A stretch of 64,000 nucleotides of DNA from Candidatus Oxydemutatoraceae bacterium. GTDB taxonomy: Bacteria > Pseudomonadota > Gammaproteobacteria > Poriferisulfidales > Oxydemutatoraceae. The stretch lies in contig OZ245335.1 in the NCBI GenBank assembly GCA_965226235.1, positions 1,137,660 to 1,201,659 of the forward strand. The letters run 5' to 3'. Position numbers and translations under genes: made by a program. Shown piece by piece: positions 54,405 to 61,543 of the stretch (position 1 is the first letter of the stretch; every line of letters starts with the position of its first letter). The notes under the pieces were generated by a model, which ran no database searches, was not told the DNA's origin, and saw nothing but the letters and a program-made list of their open reading frames with translations.

Positions 54405-56678
54405 TCAGAACGTCAGCGTCGGTCCAGGCACATCGGTGGTTACCACCATCGCCGACAGCGTGACCTGCACCTCCTCGCCCCGCAGCAACTGTCCTGGATT
54501 TTGCAACGCCACCGCAACCCTGGTCGAGCCGCCAGCCAGCACCCGAGCGGCCTCGAGCGCCCTGCCTTCCGACGTCTTGAACACCAGCGTGAGAAACCGC
54601 CGCATGATCCTCACCTCAAGCGGCAAAACTTCAACCACCGCGTTCGGTAGCGCGAAGGGTGACACGAACGCGGATAGCACTCCATCGGTCGCTTGCGCGG
54701 ACGCCGTCAGCGTCACATCGATCTCGGTGCTTCCCTCCGTGAACTCGAACGGCTCCGCCATAACCCCCTCGCCGCTGTAGCCGAATACATCGACCGACAA
54801 TGTCTCACCCGCGGACAGCACCGGGTGACCCAACGGCGTCGCTATCCCCGCCAGGCGCGCCGGCACCGCTGTCGGAATACCCGGCACCGCCTGCACCTGC
54901 CGCGGTCCGAACCCGATGCCCCACGCGTCCAGACTGCCTGTATCTAGATTTAAATAGTCACCAATGGTCAGCACCCAAATGCCCTCCGAGTTTTTCCCAA
55001 CCAGTGGACTCAGGCGATCCTGCAACGTATAAATCATCCTTATACCATCGGAGCTTCCACCTTCCTTACCATGAAGAAACACTCTCGTCTCATCCGCATC
55101 CGGCGCAATCAACTCAACAATCAGATCGCTCGGCTCTGTGTGCGTGATCGATACCATCACCCATGCCGACTCGATCGTGCTGTCCTCCTCCACGTTGATC
55201 GTGCTGCGCACCGATTGAGTATTCGTACCGTCCGGAATTGCCACGCCCGGGCTGAAAAGCCGCGTGTAGGTAACCCCCGGGTCGCTTGACGCCTCACCCA
55301 GCTCCAGCCGGAACCGCCGTGGCACGACCTCCACCGCCAGAGAAGTCGAAACCACCCGTGTATCCGCAACCATGGAACCGCCCGACAACACCTCGCCTGA
55401 CGCCTCCACCTTCCCCAGCCGCGACCTCGCTTGAGTCCCCGCCGCGATGCTCACCACCGCAGTCGACATCTCCATTGTCAGCAATGGCGGCTGATCGGTG
55501 GTTACCATCATCGCCGACAGCGTGACCCGCACCGCTTCGCCCGACAGCAACTGTCCAGGATTTTGCAACGCCACCGCAACCCTGGTCGAGCCGCCAGCCA
55601 GCACCCGAGCGGCCTCGAGCGCCCTGCCTTCCAGCGTCTCGAACCGTAGCCAAAACTCGCGCATCACCCGAACCGGCAACACCGCTTCCACCACGCGCGT
55701 GTCCTCCACTATCTCGCCACCCATCATCACTTTACCCGATGCCGTGAGCATGCCGCCCGCGCCGCCTGACGCGCCGATTACCACCCGCTCGCTCGACGAC
55801 ATCACCACCCGCTCGCTCGACGACATCGCCGCCGTCAACACGAACATAACCTGCTCGATGCTCACCCCCGCCTGCTCGATGCTCACCCCCGTCGCCTCCA
55901 GCGTCACCGATACCTCCTCGCTGGACAGCAGCAATTCCGGGCGGGCAAGCATCACCGACACCTCGGTCGTGCCGCCCGCCAGCACCCGTACCTCTTCCAA
56001 TGCTTCGCCTTCCGGCGTCGCAAACCGTAGCCCAAATTCGCGCATGATCCGCAACCGCAACTCGGCGGTTATAAACTCAACATTGAGCACCCCATGGTCG
56101 TCCGGCACCGACGCGCGCAACGCGGTGCCACTCACCTCGACATCCGTCGAAACCTTCAGCTCCACCACGTGACTCGGGGTAACCGAGCTGAACTCCAGCG
56201 ATGCCGGCGTCACCAGCGTGGCCGGATGCATCGGAAGCAACACCACTGGCACCACGGCGTCTGCCGGCAACAGCGACGCATCCGGCAGCGTCAACCTCAC
56301 CGTCACCTCCGCCGGCACTTCCGCGCCTACCGAGACCTTGATCTCCGGCGGCACAAACGCCAGCGGAAACGACCGCGCCTCGATGCGCACCCCCAGCGGC
56401 GCCGGAGGAAACTCAACCGTCGCGTTCATCGGCGAGGCGAATGGCACGAGCGCGAGCAACACTCCTTTGGTCGCTTCCGCAGACGCCGTCAGCGTCACAT
56501 CGACCTTGGTGCTTCCCATCGGGAACCTGACTGACTCCACCTCGACCCCCACACCGCTGTATCCGAATCTGCCGACCGACCAGCTCTCGTGCTCGAACCA
56601 TATCGGGTCACCCAACGGCGTCGGTATCCCCACCAGACGCGCCGTAACCACCGTGGAAGCGTCAGCCAGCACTCGCAC
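54405..56678 (-). CDS. Giant-protein segment (757 aa): Ig-like units plus one P-domain-like module
   Basis: Track ORF. It begins inside a module (MRVLADASTVVTARLVGIPTPLG) and ends ..VVTTDVPGPTLTF*. The paralog there continues ..VVTTDVPGLTLTLTEDVPSTVV. Confidence 0.75.
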   Translation of the reverse strand: MRVLADASTVVTARLVGIPTPLGDPIWFEHESWSVGRFGYSGVGVEVESVRFPMGSTKVDVTLTASAEATKGVLLALVPFASPMNATVEFPPAPLGVRIEARSFPLAFVPPEIKVSVGAEVPAEVTVRLTLPDASLLPADAVVPVVLLPMHPATLVTPASLEFSSVTPSHVVELKVSTDVEVSGTALRASVPDDHGVLNVEFITAELRLRIMREFGLRFATPEGEALEEVRVLAGGTTEVSVMLARPELLLSSEEVSVTLEATGVSIEQAGVSIEQVMFVLTAAMSSSERVVMSSSERVVIGASGGAGGMLTASGKVMMGGEIVEDTRVVEAVLPVRVMREFWLRFETLEGRALEAARVLAGGSTRVAVALQNPGQLLSGEAVRVTLSAMMVTTDQPPLLTMEMSTAVVSIAAGTQARSRLGKVEASGEVLSGGSMVADTRVVSTSLAVEVVPRRFRLELGEASSDPGVTYTRLFSPGVAIPDGTNTQSVRSTINVEEDSTIESAWVMVSITHTEPSDLIVELIAPDADETRVFLHGKEGGSSDGIRMIYTLQDRLSPLVGKNSEGIWVLTIGDYLNLDTGSLDAWGIGFGPRQVQAVPGIPTAVPARLAGIATPLGHPVLSAGETLSVDVFGYSGEGVMAEPFEFTEGSTEIDVTLTASAQATDGVLSAFVSPFALPNAVVEVLPLEVRIMRRFLTLVFKTSEGRALEAARVLAGGSTRVAVALQNPGQLLRGEEVQVTLSAMVVTTDVPGPTLTF

Positions 56679-57003
56679 ATGACGCGGCGCCCGTGAGTTG
56701 AACCCGATGCCCCATGCATCCAGCCTGCCTGGACCGGCAGATGAACCAGAGTTATTAATTATCAGTGTCCAGGTGCCCCGTGTGCTTCTCCCAATCGCAC
56801 CACCCAGACCCGCATTAGTCTCCTCTGCGCCGCGCTGTAAACCTTCCGTATATCACTGCTGGATCCGCCGCTCGAATCAATAAACCTATTATTCCCGCCC
56901 CCCTCCAGCGTAACACTTACCCCCCCCGGGGTTAGGGTTCCGACCGATACCATCAGCCATACCGAATCGATCCGGATGTCCCTCTCCACATTGATCGAGC
57001 TCA
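56679..57003 (-). pseudogene. Divergent, frameshifted P-domain copy between the 686-aa and 757-aa ORFs
   Basis: Track ORF 56762..57007 carries the P-domain core in a third phase (SSINVERDIRIDSVWLMVSVG..). Downstream sense (..GRLDAWGIGFNSRAPRHVRVLADAS) is in the phase of ORF 54405..56678. The zone contains a C8G4 homopolymer pair at 56920-56931. Confidence 0.6.
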
Positions 57004-59064
57004 TCACCTCCTGCCGGCGCCCGCCGCAAGTTCCAGACCCGGGCTGCGAAACTCGTAGATACCCGTCCCCGGGTCGCTCGACACCTCGCCCAGCTCCAGC
57101 CGGAACCGTCGTGGCACGACCGCCAGCGCCAGGGAAGTCGGAACCACCCGCGTACCCGCAACCATGGAACCGCCCGACAACACCATGCCCGACGCCTCCA
57201 CATTCCTCCGAGGCGACTCCACATCAACCGCCGCCGCTATGCTCACCGCCATACTCGATGCCATCTGCGTCAGCGTCGGTCCAGGCACATCGGTGGTGAC
57301 TCCCATCCCCGACAGCGTGACCCGCACCGCCTCGCCAGGCATCAAATCTTCGGGGTCCTGCAACGCCACCGCGACCCTGGTCGCGCCCCCCGCCAGTACC
57401 CGTGCCTCTGCCAGCGCCTCACCTTCCAGCGTCTCGAACCGCAGCCCAACCTCGCGCGTGATCCGCAACTGTAACTCGGCGTCGTCCGCAAACACAGCAT
57501 CGGGCACCCCATGGTCCGTCGCCACCGACGCGCGCAACGCGATGTCACTCACCCCGGCGTCCGTCAAAACCCTCACCTCCACCACGTAACTCGGGGTAGC
57601 CGAGCTGAACTCCAGCGACGTCGGCGTCAGCAGTTCCAGCCTGGAGGGATGCAACGGAGACAACGTCACCGGCACCACGGCGTCCTCCGGCAACAGCGAC
57701 GCATCCGGCAGCGTCAACGTCACCGACGTCTCCACCGGCACCTCCGCGCCCACCAGGATCTCGATCTCCGGCGGCATGAACGCCAGCGAGAACAACCGCC
57801 CCATGATCCTCACCCCCAGCGGCACAGCTTCAACCACCGTGATCGGGGAGGGTGGCACGAACGCGAATAGCACTATACCGGTCGCGGTCGTTTGCACGGA
57901 CACCGTCAGCGTCACATCGACCTCGGTGTTTCCCCCCGTGAACTCGAATGGCTCCGCCACGACCCCCCCACCGCTGTATCCAAACTCGCTGACCGACAAT
58001 CTCTCGCCTACGGACAATATCGAGTCACCCAACGGCGTCGATATCCCCACCAGGCGCGCCGTAACCACCGTCGTAGCACCCGCCAATACCTGCACCTGCC
58101 GCGGCGCCTGCTGCCCGAAACCGATACCCCACGCATCCAGCTGGCCAACACCATCACCAGATCTATTGTCACCGACGGTCAGCTCCCAAATGCCCTCCGA
58201 GTTTTTCCCAACCAGTGGACCCAGGCGATCCTGCAACGTATAAATCGCCCTTATATTCCTGAACCTTCTATTTTCCCTATTATGAAGAAACACTTTCGTC
58301 CCATCCGGCGCAATCAACTCAACACGCAGATACCTCAGGTTTGGGTGCGTGATCGATACCATCACCCATACCGAGTTGATCGTGCTGTCCTCCACCACGT
58401 TGATCGTGCTACGCACCGATTGAGTAGCCGTACCGTCCGGAATTGCCACGCCCGGGCTGAAAAACCGCGTGTAGGTAGCCCCCGGGTCGCTCGACGCCTC
58501 ACCCAGCTCCAGCCGGAACCGCCGTGGCACGACCTCCACCGCCAGGGAAGCCGAAACCACCTGTGCACCTATAACCGGAGAACCGTCTTCTACCGACAAC
58601 ACCACGCCCGACGCCTCCACCTCCCCTAACCGCGCCCCTACATCATCCAGCGCCGCTATGCTCACCACCGCACTCGATGTCATCTGCGTCAGCGTCAGTT
58701 CCGGCTGAACGGTGGTCCCCGTCGTCGCCGACAGCGTGACCCGCACCTCGTTGTTCATCTCCAATCTTTCGGGGTTTTGCAACGCCACCGCGACCTTGGC
58801 CGTACCGCCCCCCAGCACCTGTGCCGTACCGATCGGGATGCCTTCCAGCGTCCTGAACTCCAGTATCACCGGTTCGGGAAGAGACTGCGCCTGCCCGGCA
58901 CAGGAGAACAGCGTCAGGAAAACAAGCGCGCCAAGCCCCCCGCCGAACGCACCCGGCCTGCTTCTGCCAGCAACGCGCCAAAATGTCGGCGGCACACGAC
59001 CGAACCACGTGCGCCGATCGCTTATCGTTGATGCTTCGGTTGGCAAAATAGTGCGCTTTTCCAA
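57004..59064 (-). CDS. N-terminal segment of the giant secreted protein (686 aa listed): signal peptide, Ig-like units, one P-domain
   Basis: The track ORF begins at TTG (59064-59062), and there is no ATG in the first 60 codons. GTG at 58995-58993 is an alternative start. Residues ..RVAGRSRPGAFGGGLGALVFLTLFSCAGQA/QS look like a Sec signal peptide, with a basic n-region, a hydrophobic core and a small-residue cleavage site. The ORF is followed by noncoding sequence on its 5' side. Its C-terminus breaks inside a P-domain lead-in (RRFRLELGEVSSDPGTGIYEFRSPG..). Confidence 0.75.
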   Translation of the reverse strand: MEKRTILPTEASTISDRRTWFGRVPPTFWRVAGRSRPGAFGGGLGALVFLTLFSCAGQAQSLPEPVILEFRTLEGIPIGTAQVLGGGTAKVAVALQNPERLEMNNEVRVTLSATTGTTVQPELTLTQMTSSAVVSIAALDDVGARLGEVEASGVVLSVEDGSPVIGAQVVSASLAVEVVPRRFRLELGEASSDPGATYTRFFSPGVAIPDGTATQSVRSTINVVEDSTINSVWVMVSITHPNLRYLRVELIAPDGTKVFLHNRENRRFRNIRAIYTLQDRLGPLVGKNSEGIWELTVGDNRSGDGVGQLDAWGIGFGQQAPRQVQVLAGATTVVTARLVGISTPLGDSILSVGERLSVSEFGYSGGGVVAEPFEFTGGNTEVDVTLTVSVQTTATGIVLFAFVPPSPITVVEAVPLGVRIMGRLFSLAFMPPEIEILVGAEVPVETSVTLTLPDASLLPEDAVVPVTLSPLHPSRLELLTPTSLEFSSATPSYVVEVRVLTDAGVSDIALRASVATDHGVPDAVFADDAELQLRITREVGLRFETLEGEALAEARVLAGGATRVAVALQDPEDLMPGEAVRVTLSGMGVTTDVPGPTLTQMASSMAVSIAAAVDVESPRRNVEASGMVLSGGSMVAGTRVVPTSLALAVVPRRFRLELGEVSSDPGTGIYEFRSPGLELAAGAGRR
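58888..58995 (-). other. Predicted Sec-type signal peptide coding region of the giant protein
   Basis: Translation (V/M)PPTFWRVAGRSRPGAFGGGLGALVFLTLFSCAGQA, then QSLPEP. This is by-eye n/h/c region recognition only. Confidence 0.5.
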
Positions 59065-59188
59065 GAGAATAGCTTGCGTACCAGCAAAATGAATCCGTTG
59101 CGTTAGTACCCACGCTCAGTGTAGATCATACTACCAAAGTTTGTATGGGTTTGTATGCATCCACCACACAAGGACAGATCAGGCAGAT

Positions 59189-59345
59189 TGGTCCGCCCCG
59201 GACTCATCGGAGACAGTTTTATGTGGGTCATGCGGCTTGCGATGACTCAGGGTTTTGATAATACATTAACTCATACTCAACTGGTGGTACGTCTCCGATT
59301 GGCTGCAGTAGTCGGCGTTTGTTAAACCAGTCCACCCAGGTTAGC
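59189..59345 (-). mobile_element. Remnant of the right end of an IS3-family insertion sequence (transposase C-terminal tail plus terminal inverted repeat)
   Basis: Minus-strand translation of 59341-59231 gives LTWVDWFNKRRLLQPIGDVPPVEYELMYYQNPESSQAA, with the stop at 59230-59228. This matches the conserved tail of IS3-family OrfB (rve/DDE) transposases (W.DW.N..R....IG..PP.E.E). The sequence at 59189-59220, TGGTCCGCCCCGGACTCATCGGAGACAGTTTT, starts 5'-TG like IS3-type terminal repeats. No catalytic core is present, because the hemH stop is at 59363. Confidence 0.55.
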
Positions 59346-59362
59346 CCCCCCTGCTGCCGGTT

Positions 59363-60370
59363 TCAGCGCAAGGCGGCCTGCGTAAGTTGTGCCAGACACT
59401 TGATGTGCCCGGCGCTGGCGTTGAGTGAAGGAATACGATGAAACCGCCTGCCGCCGGCTTCCAGGAAAAAATCCCGGTTTTGCATGCCGATCTCCTCGAT
59501 GGTTTCCAGACAGTCTGCGGCAAAGCCAGGACAGAACACATCCACGGACCGAATGCCTTGTCGCGCCAGCAAACGCAGGCTCTCGTCGGTATAGGGCTTA
59601 AGCCATTCGGCAAAACCGAAGCGTGATTGAAATGTAATCAGCCATTCACCCCACTCGAGGCCCAGTTCCTGCGCGATCAACCGCGCGGTCGTGTAACACT
59701 GGGACCGATACGGGTCGCCCATCTCTATATTTCTCTTCGGCAGACCGTGGAAGGAAAACAGTAGTTTCTCACCGCTTCCATGTTCGGAACGTGATTCGAC
59801 AATCCTCTCGGCGCAGGCTTTTATATACAAGCCGTCATCATGGTAACCATTGAGCAGGCGCAATTCCGGAACGTATCTTTGCTTGCCCAGTGCCCGGGCA
59901 AGGGCATCGAAGGTGGCGGCCGTCGTCGCTGCAGAATACTGGGGATAAGCAGGGATCACCACCAGACGTGTTACACCGGATCCGCATAGTTTTTCCAGAG
60001 CCGTAGCAATCGACGGCTGCCCGTAACACATCGCCATCTCCACCTGGATCGAAATCAGGCCATGCTGCTTGAGCACTTGATCGAGCGCCTGTTGCTGTCG
60101 GCGGGTATAAACCAGCAAGGGCGAGCCTTCGGGCAACCATATACTGCGATAAGCAGCAACAATGCGCCGGGGGCGGAAGGGCAATACCACGCCGTACAAT
60201 ATCGGCAACCACACCAGGCGAGGTATTTCGATCACTCTTGGATCAGACAAAAACTCCTGCAGATAGCTTCTGATCGCCTTTGCCGTCGGCGCTTGCGGAG
60301 TACCAAGATTGACCAGCAACACGCCGTCACGAGTGCCGGCAGACAAACCACGCCGCTTGCTCATTGCCAT
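59363..60370 (-). CDS. hemH: Ferrochelatase
   Basis: The translation from the internal ATG at 60370 is MAMSKRRGLSAGTRDGVLLVNLGTPQAPTAKAIRSYLQEFLSDPRVIEIPRLVWLPILYGVVLPFRPRR..., followed by FSFHGLP and a C-terminal FCPGFAADCLETIEEI. These are classic ferrochelatase motifs. The longer listed ORF (to 60697) overlaps the upstream gene and is junk-like. Confidence 0.9.
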   Translation of the reverse strand: MAMSKRRGLSAGTRDGVLLVNLGTPQAPTAKAIRSYLQEFLSDPRVIEIPRLVWLPILYGVVLPFRPRRIVAAYRSIWLPEGSPLLVYTRRQQQALDQVLKQHGLISIQVEMAMCYGQPSIATALEKLCGSGVTRLVVIPAYPQYSAATTAATFDALARALGKQRYVPELRLLNGYHDDGLYIKACAERIVESRSEHGSGEKLLFSFHGLPKRNIEMGDPYRSQCYTTARLIAQELGLEWGEWLITFQSRFGFAEWLKPYTDESLRLLARQGIRSVDVFCPGFAADCLETIEEIGMQNRDFFLEAGGRRFHRIPSLNASAGHIKCLAQLTQAALR

Positions 60371-60392
60371 GGTCTCCCAGGCATGTGCACCC

Positions 60393-60980
60393 TCACTGTC
60401 TTCGGCGCAAGGGGCTGTTTCGCGGGAAATGCGTACGCAGGAACTCCATCTGATCAGCCAGGATACTGCGCGCCTGCAGGTATACATACTCGGCGTGCGT
60501 CGGCGTAAAGGGAATAGCAAGCAATTGCATGCCGGCTTGCTCTGGCGTACACCCTGCTTTTGCGTTGTTACAGCTTCTGCACGCGGTGACGACGTTTCTC
60601 CAGACATCCTCCCCACCGATGCTGAACGGAACAACGTGATCACGTGACAGGTAGCGCTGATGAAAATGTCCGCCGCAGTACATGCACAGAAAAGCATCCC
60701 GTTTGAACAGTGCCAGATTGTTCAGAGGTGGCGTATAGCCTTTGTGCAGGACAGGGTTGTTGCCATAGGTCGCGATAATCGAGTTGACTTCAATCACGCT
60801 TTGCCTGCCACTCAACGCATTGATGCCGCCACGGACCTTGTAGTTGATACTGCCGCAGGTGTAAGCGACCTGTTCGGTGTAATAAAACCTGACGGCGTCC
60901 TGGTATCCAAGCCATTCAAGCGGCATGCTGGAAGCATCGGTCCTTAAAATCCACCGGCCAAGAACCTCAACGGAGACCAT
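60393..60980 (-). CDS. HNH-family endonuclease domain protein
   Basis: HNH/zinc-ribbon motif C.YCGG.F....LSRDHVVPFS.GGEDVWRNVVTACRSCNNAKAG. The listed ORF starts at TTG 61016, and ATG at 60980 (MVSVEVLGRW..) is the more likely start. The stop lies 22 nt before the hemH ATG, so the two are probably co-transcribed. Confidence 0.8.
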   Translation of the reverse strand: MVSVEVLGRWILRTDASSMPLEWLGYQDAVRFYYTEQVAYTCGSINYKVRGGINALSGRQSVIEVNSIIATYGNNPVLHKGYTPPLNNLALFKRDAFLCMYCGGHFHQRYLSRDHVVPFSIGGEDVWRNVVTACRSCNNAKAGCTPEQAGMQLLAIPFTPTHAEYVYLQARSILADQMEFLRTHFPRNSPLRRRQ

Positions 60981-61283
60981 AGTAGTTACCAACCTTGAAT
61001 AGTCACAGTAAAACAAGCATGAATTCTCGAAATACTACCTGAAAAATCGCTCAAAATCTCTTGTCCTCCCGGAAAGTAACCTGATATCACTACAAAATGA
61101 TGACGAACATCATCCTATGGTCACTGCTGATTCGCCTTGTTCATGCTCGCCAGATACGACCAACAAAAATTTTCCGCCCGATACAGTGCCGATCACCCCT
61201 GAGGCAGCGGAGTAGTTTATTCACAACTGCGGTAAAACGCCCATTTCCCCACACAACTCTTTGATGTGCCTTTCCCAACTAGC

Positions 61284-61338
61284 TTGTTTAATAAATAACT
61301 ATATGATTTAAGTATATTTTTATAAAGAACAAAATTTG
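61284..61338. other. Sharply AT-rich tract (about 87% A+T over 55 bp) in the 528-bp hemH-operon/bioC intergenic region; function unknown
   Basis: Direct reading: ttgtttaataaataactatatgatttaagtatatttttataaagaacaaaatttg has 7 G/C in 55 nt, in an otherwise GC-rich window. Confidence 0.3.
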
Positions 61339-61405
61339 TCCACTGCAGAGAGAAACTTAGGTGGCAACTGGAAAAAGCAATGTTGATGACAAATAAACCA
61401 CAGAG

Positions 61406-61414
61406 TTATCCACA
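61406..61414 (+). promoter_or_regulatory. Perfect DnaA-box consensus motif TTATCCACA (function untested)
   Basis: This is an exact 9/9 match to TTATNCACA. Nearby near-matches are TTGTCCACT at 61336-61344, TTGTCCACC (minus strand) at 61521-61529 and TTGTCCACA (minus strand) at 61561-61569. Confidence 0.3.
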
Positions 61415-61543
61415 GGAAATGTGGGAATCTCCGACCACTGGTCGTGTGTTTCATACCGCTGATCGGGTTTGGGACCCGATCTCGCGACCCGCGCCGAGGG
61501 CGGCGCAGTATCTGCCCCGCGGTGGACAATCATACCGGTACGA

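Larger units (their letters stand above)
50530..58650 (-). repeat. Coding tandem array of Ig-Ig-P-domain modules (unit ~1.0-1.14 kb, at least 6 copies, one decayed)
   Basis: AWGIGFG-type P-domain ends occur near 51665, 52780, 53860, 54920, 56710 (decayed) and 58130. Antisense marker ORFs at 51933, 53070, 54084 and 55157 give offsets of 1137, 1014 and 1073. Confidence 0.8.

Noticed and set aside
43140-54412. Programmed ribosomal frameshifting or stop-codon readthrough at the 43.15-kb and 54.4-kb junctions.
   Set aside because: There is no slippery heptamer (X XXY YYZ) or obvious downstream structure at either site. Both lesions are simple indels relative to paralogous copies, and the other junctions need several consecutive shifts.
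12258-56678. Treating each listed ORF start (12258, 17621, 22510, 43306, 47378, 54396, 56678) as a genuine gene start.
   Set aside because: Each start lies inside a recognisable domain or repeat unit. None is followed by a signal peptide. Several are alternative start codons picked by the ORF caller right after an out-of-frame stop, and the sense sequence continues in a neighbouring phase upstream.
24290-58650. Regularly spaced repeats that could suggest a CRISPR array or another noncoding repeat locus.
   Set aside because: The periods are about 1.0-1.2 kb and 3.55 kb, not 55-75 bp. The repeats are in-frame protein modules. No short direct repeats with unique spacers, no leader and no cas genes are present.
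158-59113. Dozens of plus-strand ORFs of up to 680 aa across the giant tract (e.g. 5354..6850, 8482..10524, 10499..11752, 13563..15134 and the many 60-130-aa ORFs between 24 and 44 kb).
   Set aside because: They overlap each other in several phases. Their translations are Ser/Thr/Ala/Pro/Arg-rich and low in complexity. They repeat with exactly the period of the minus-strand domains. The minus strand gives coherent domain sequence at every one of these positions. These are antisense shadow ORFs typical of GC-rich repetitive genes.
60371-60697. The long N-terminal extension of the hemH ORF (444 aa listed), and likewise the bioC extension 62333..62479 and the HNH extension 60981..61016.
   Set aside because: The extensions overlap the upstream genes and are Arg/Cys/Ser-rich junk. 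The conserved family N-termini begin at the internal ATGs (60370, 62332 and 60980).
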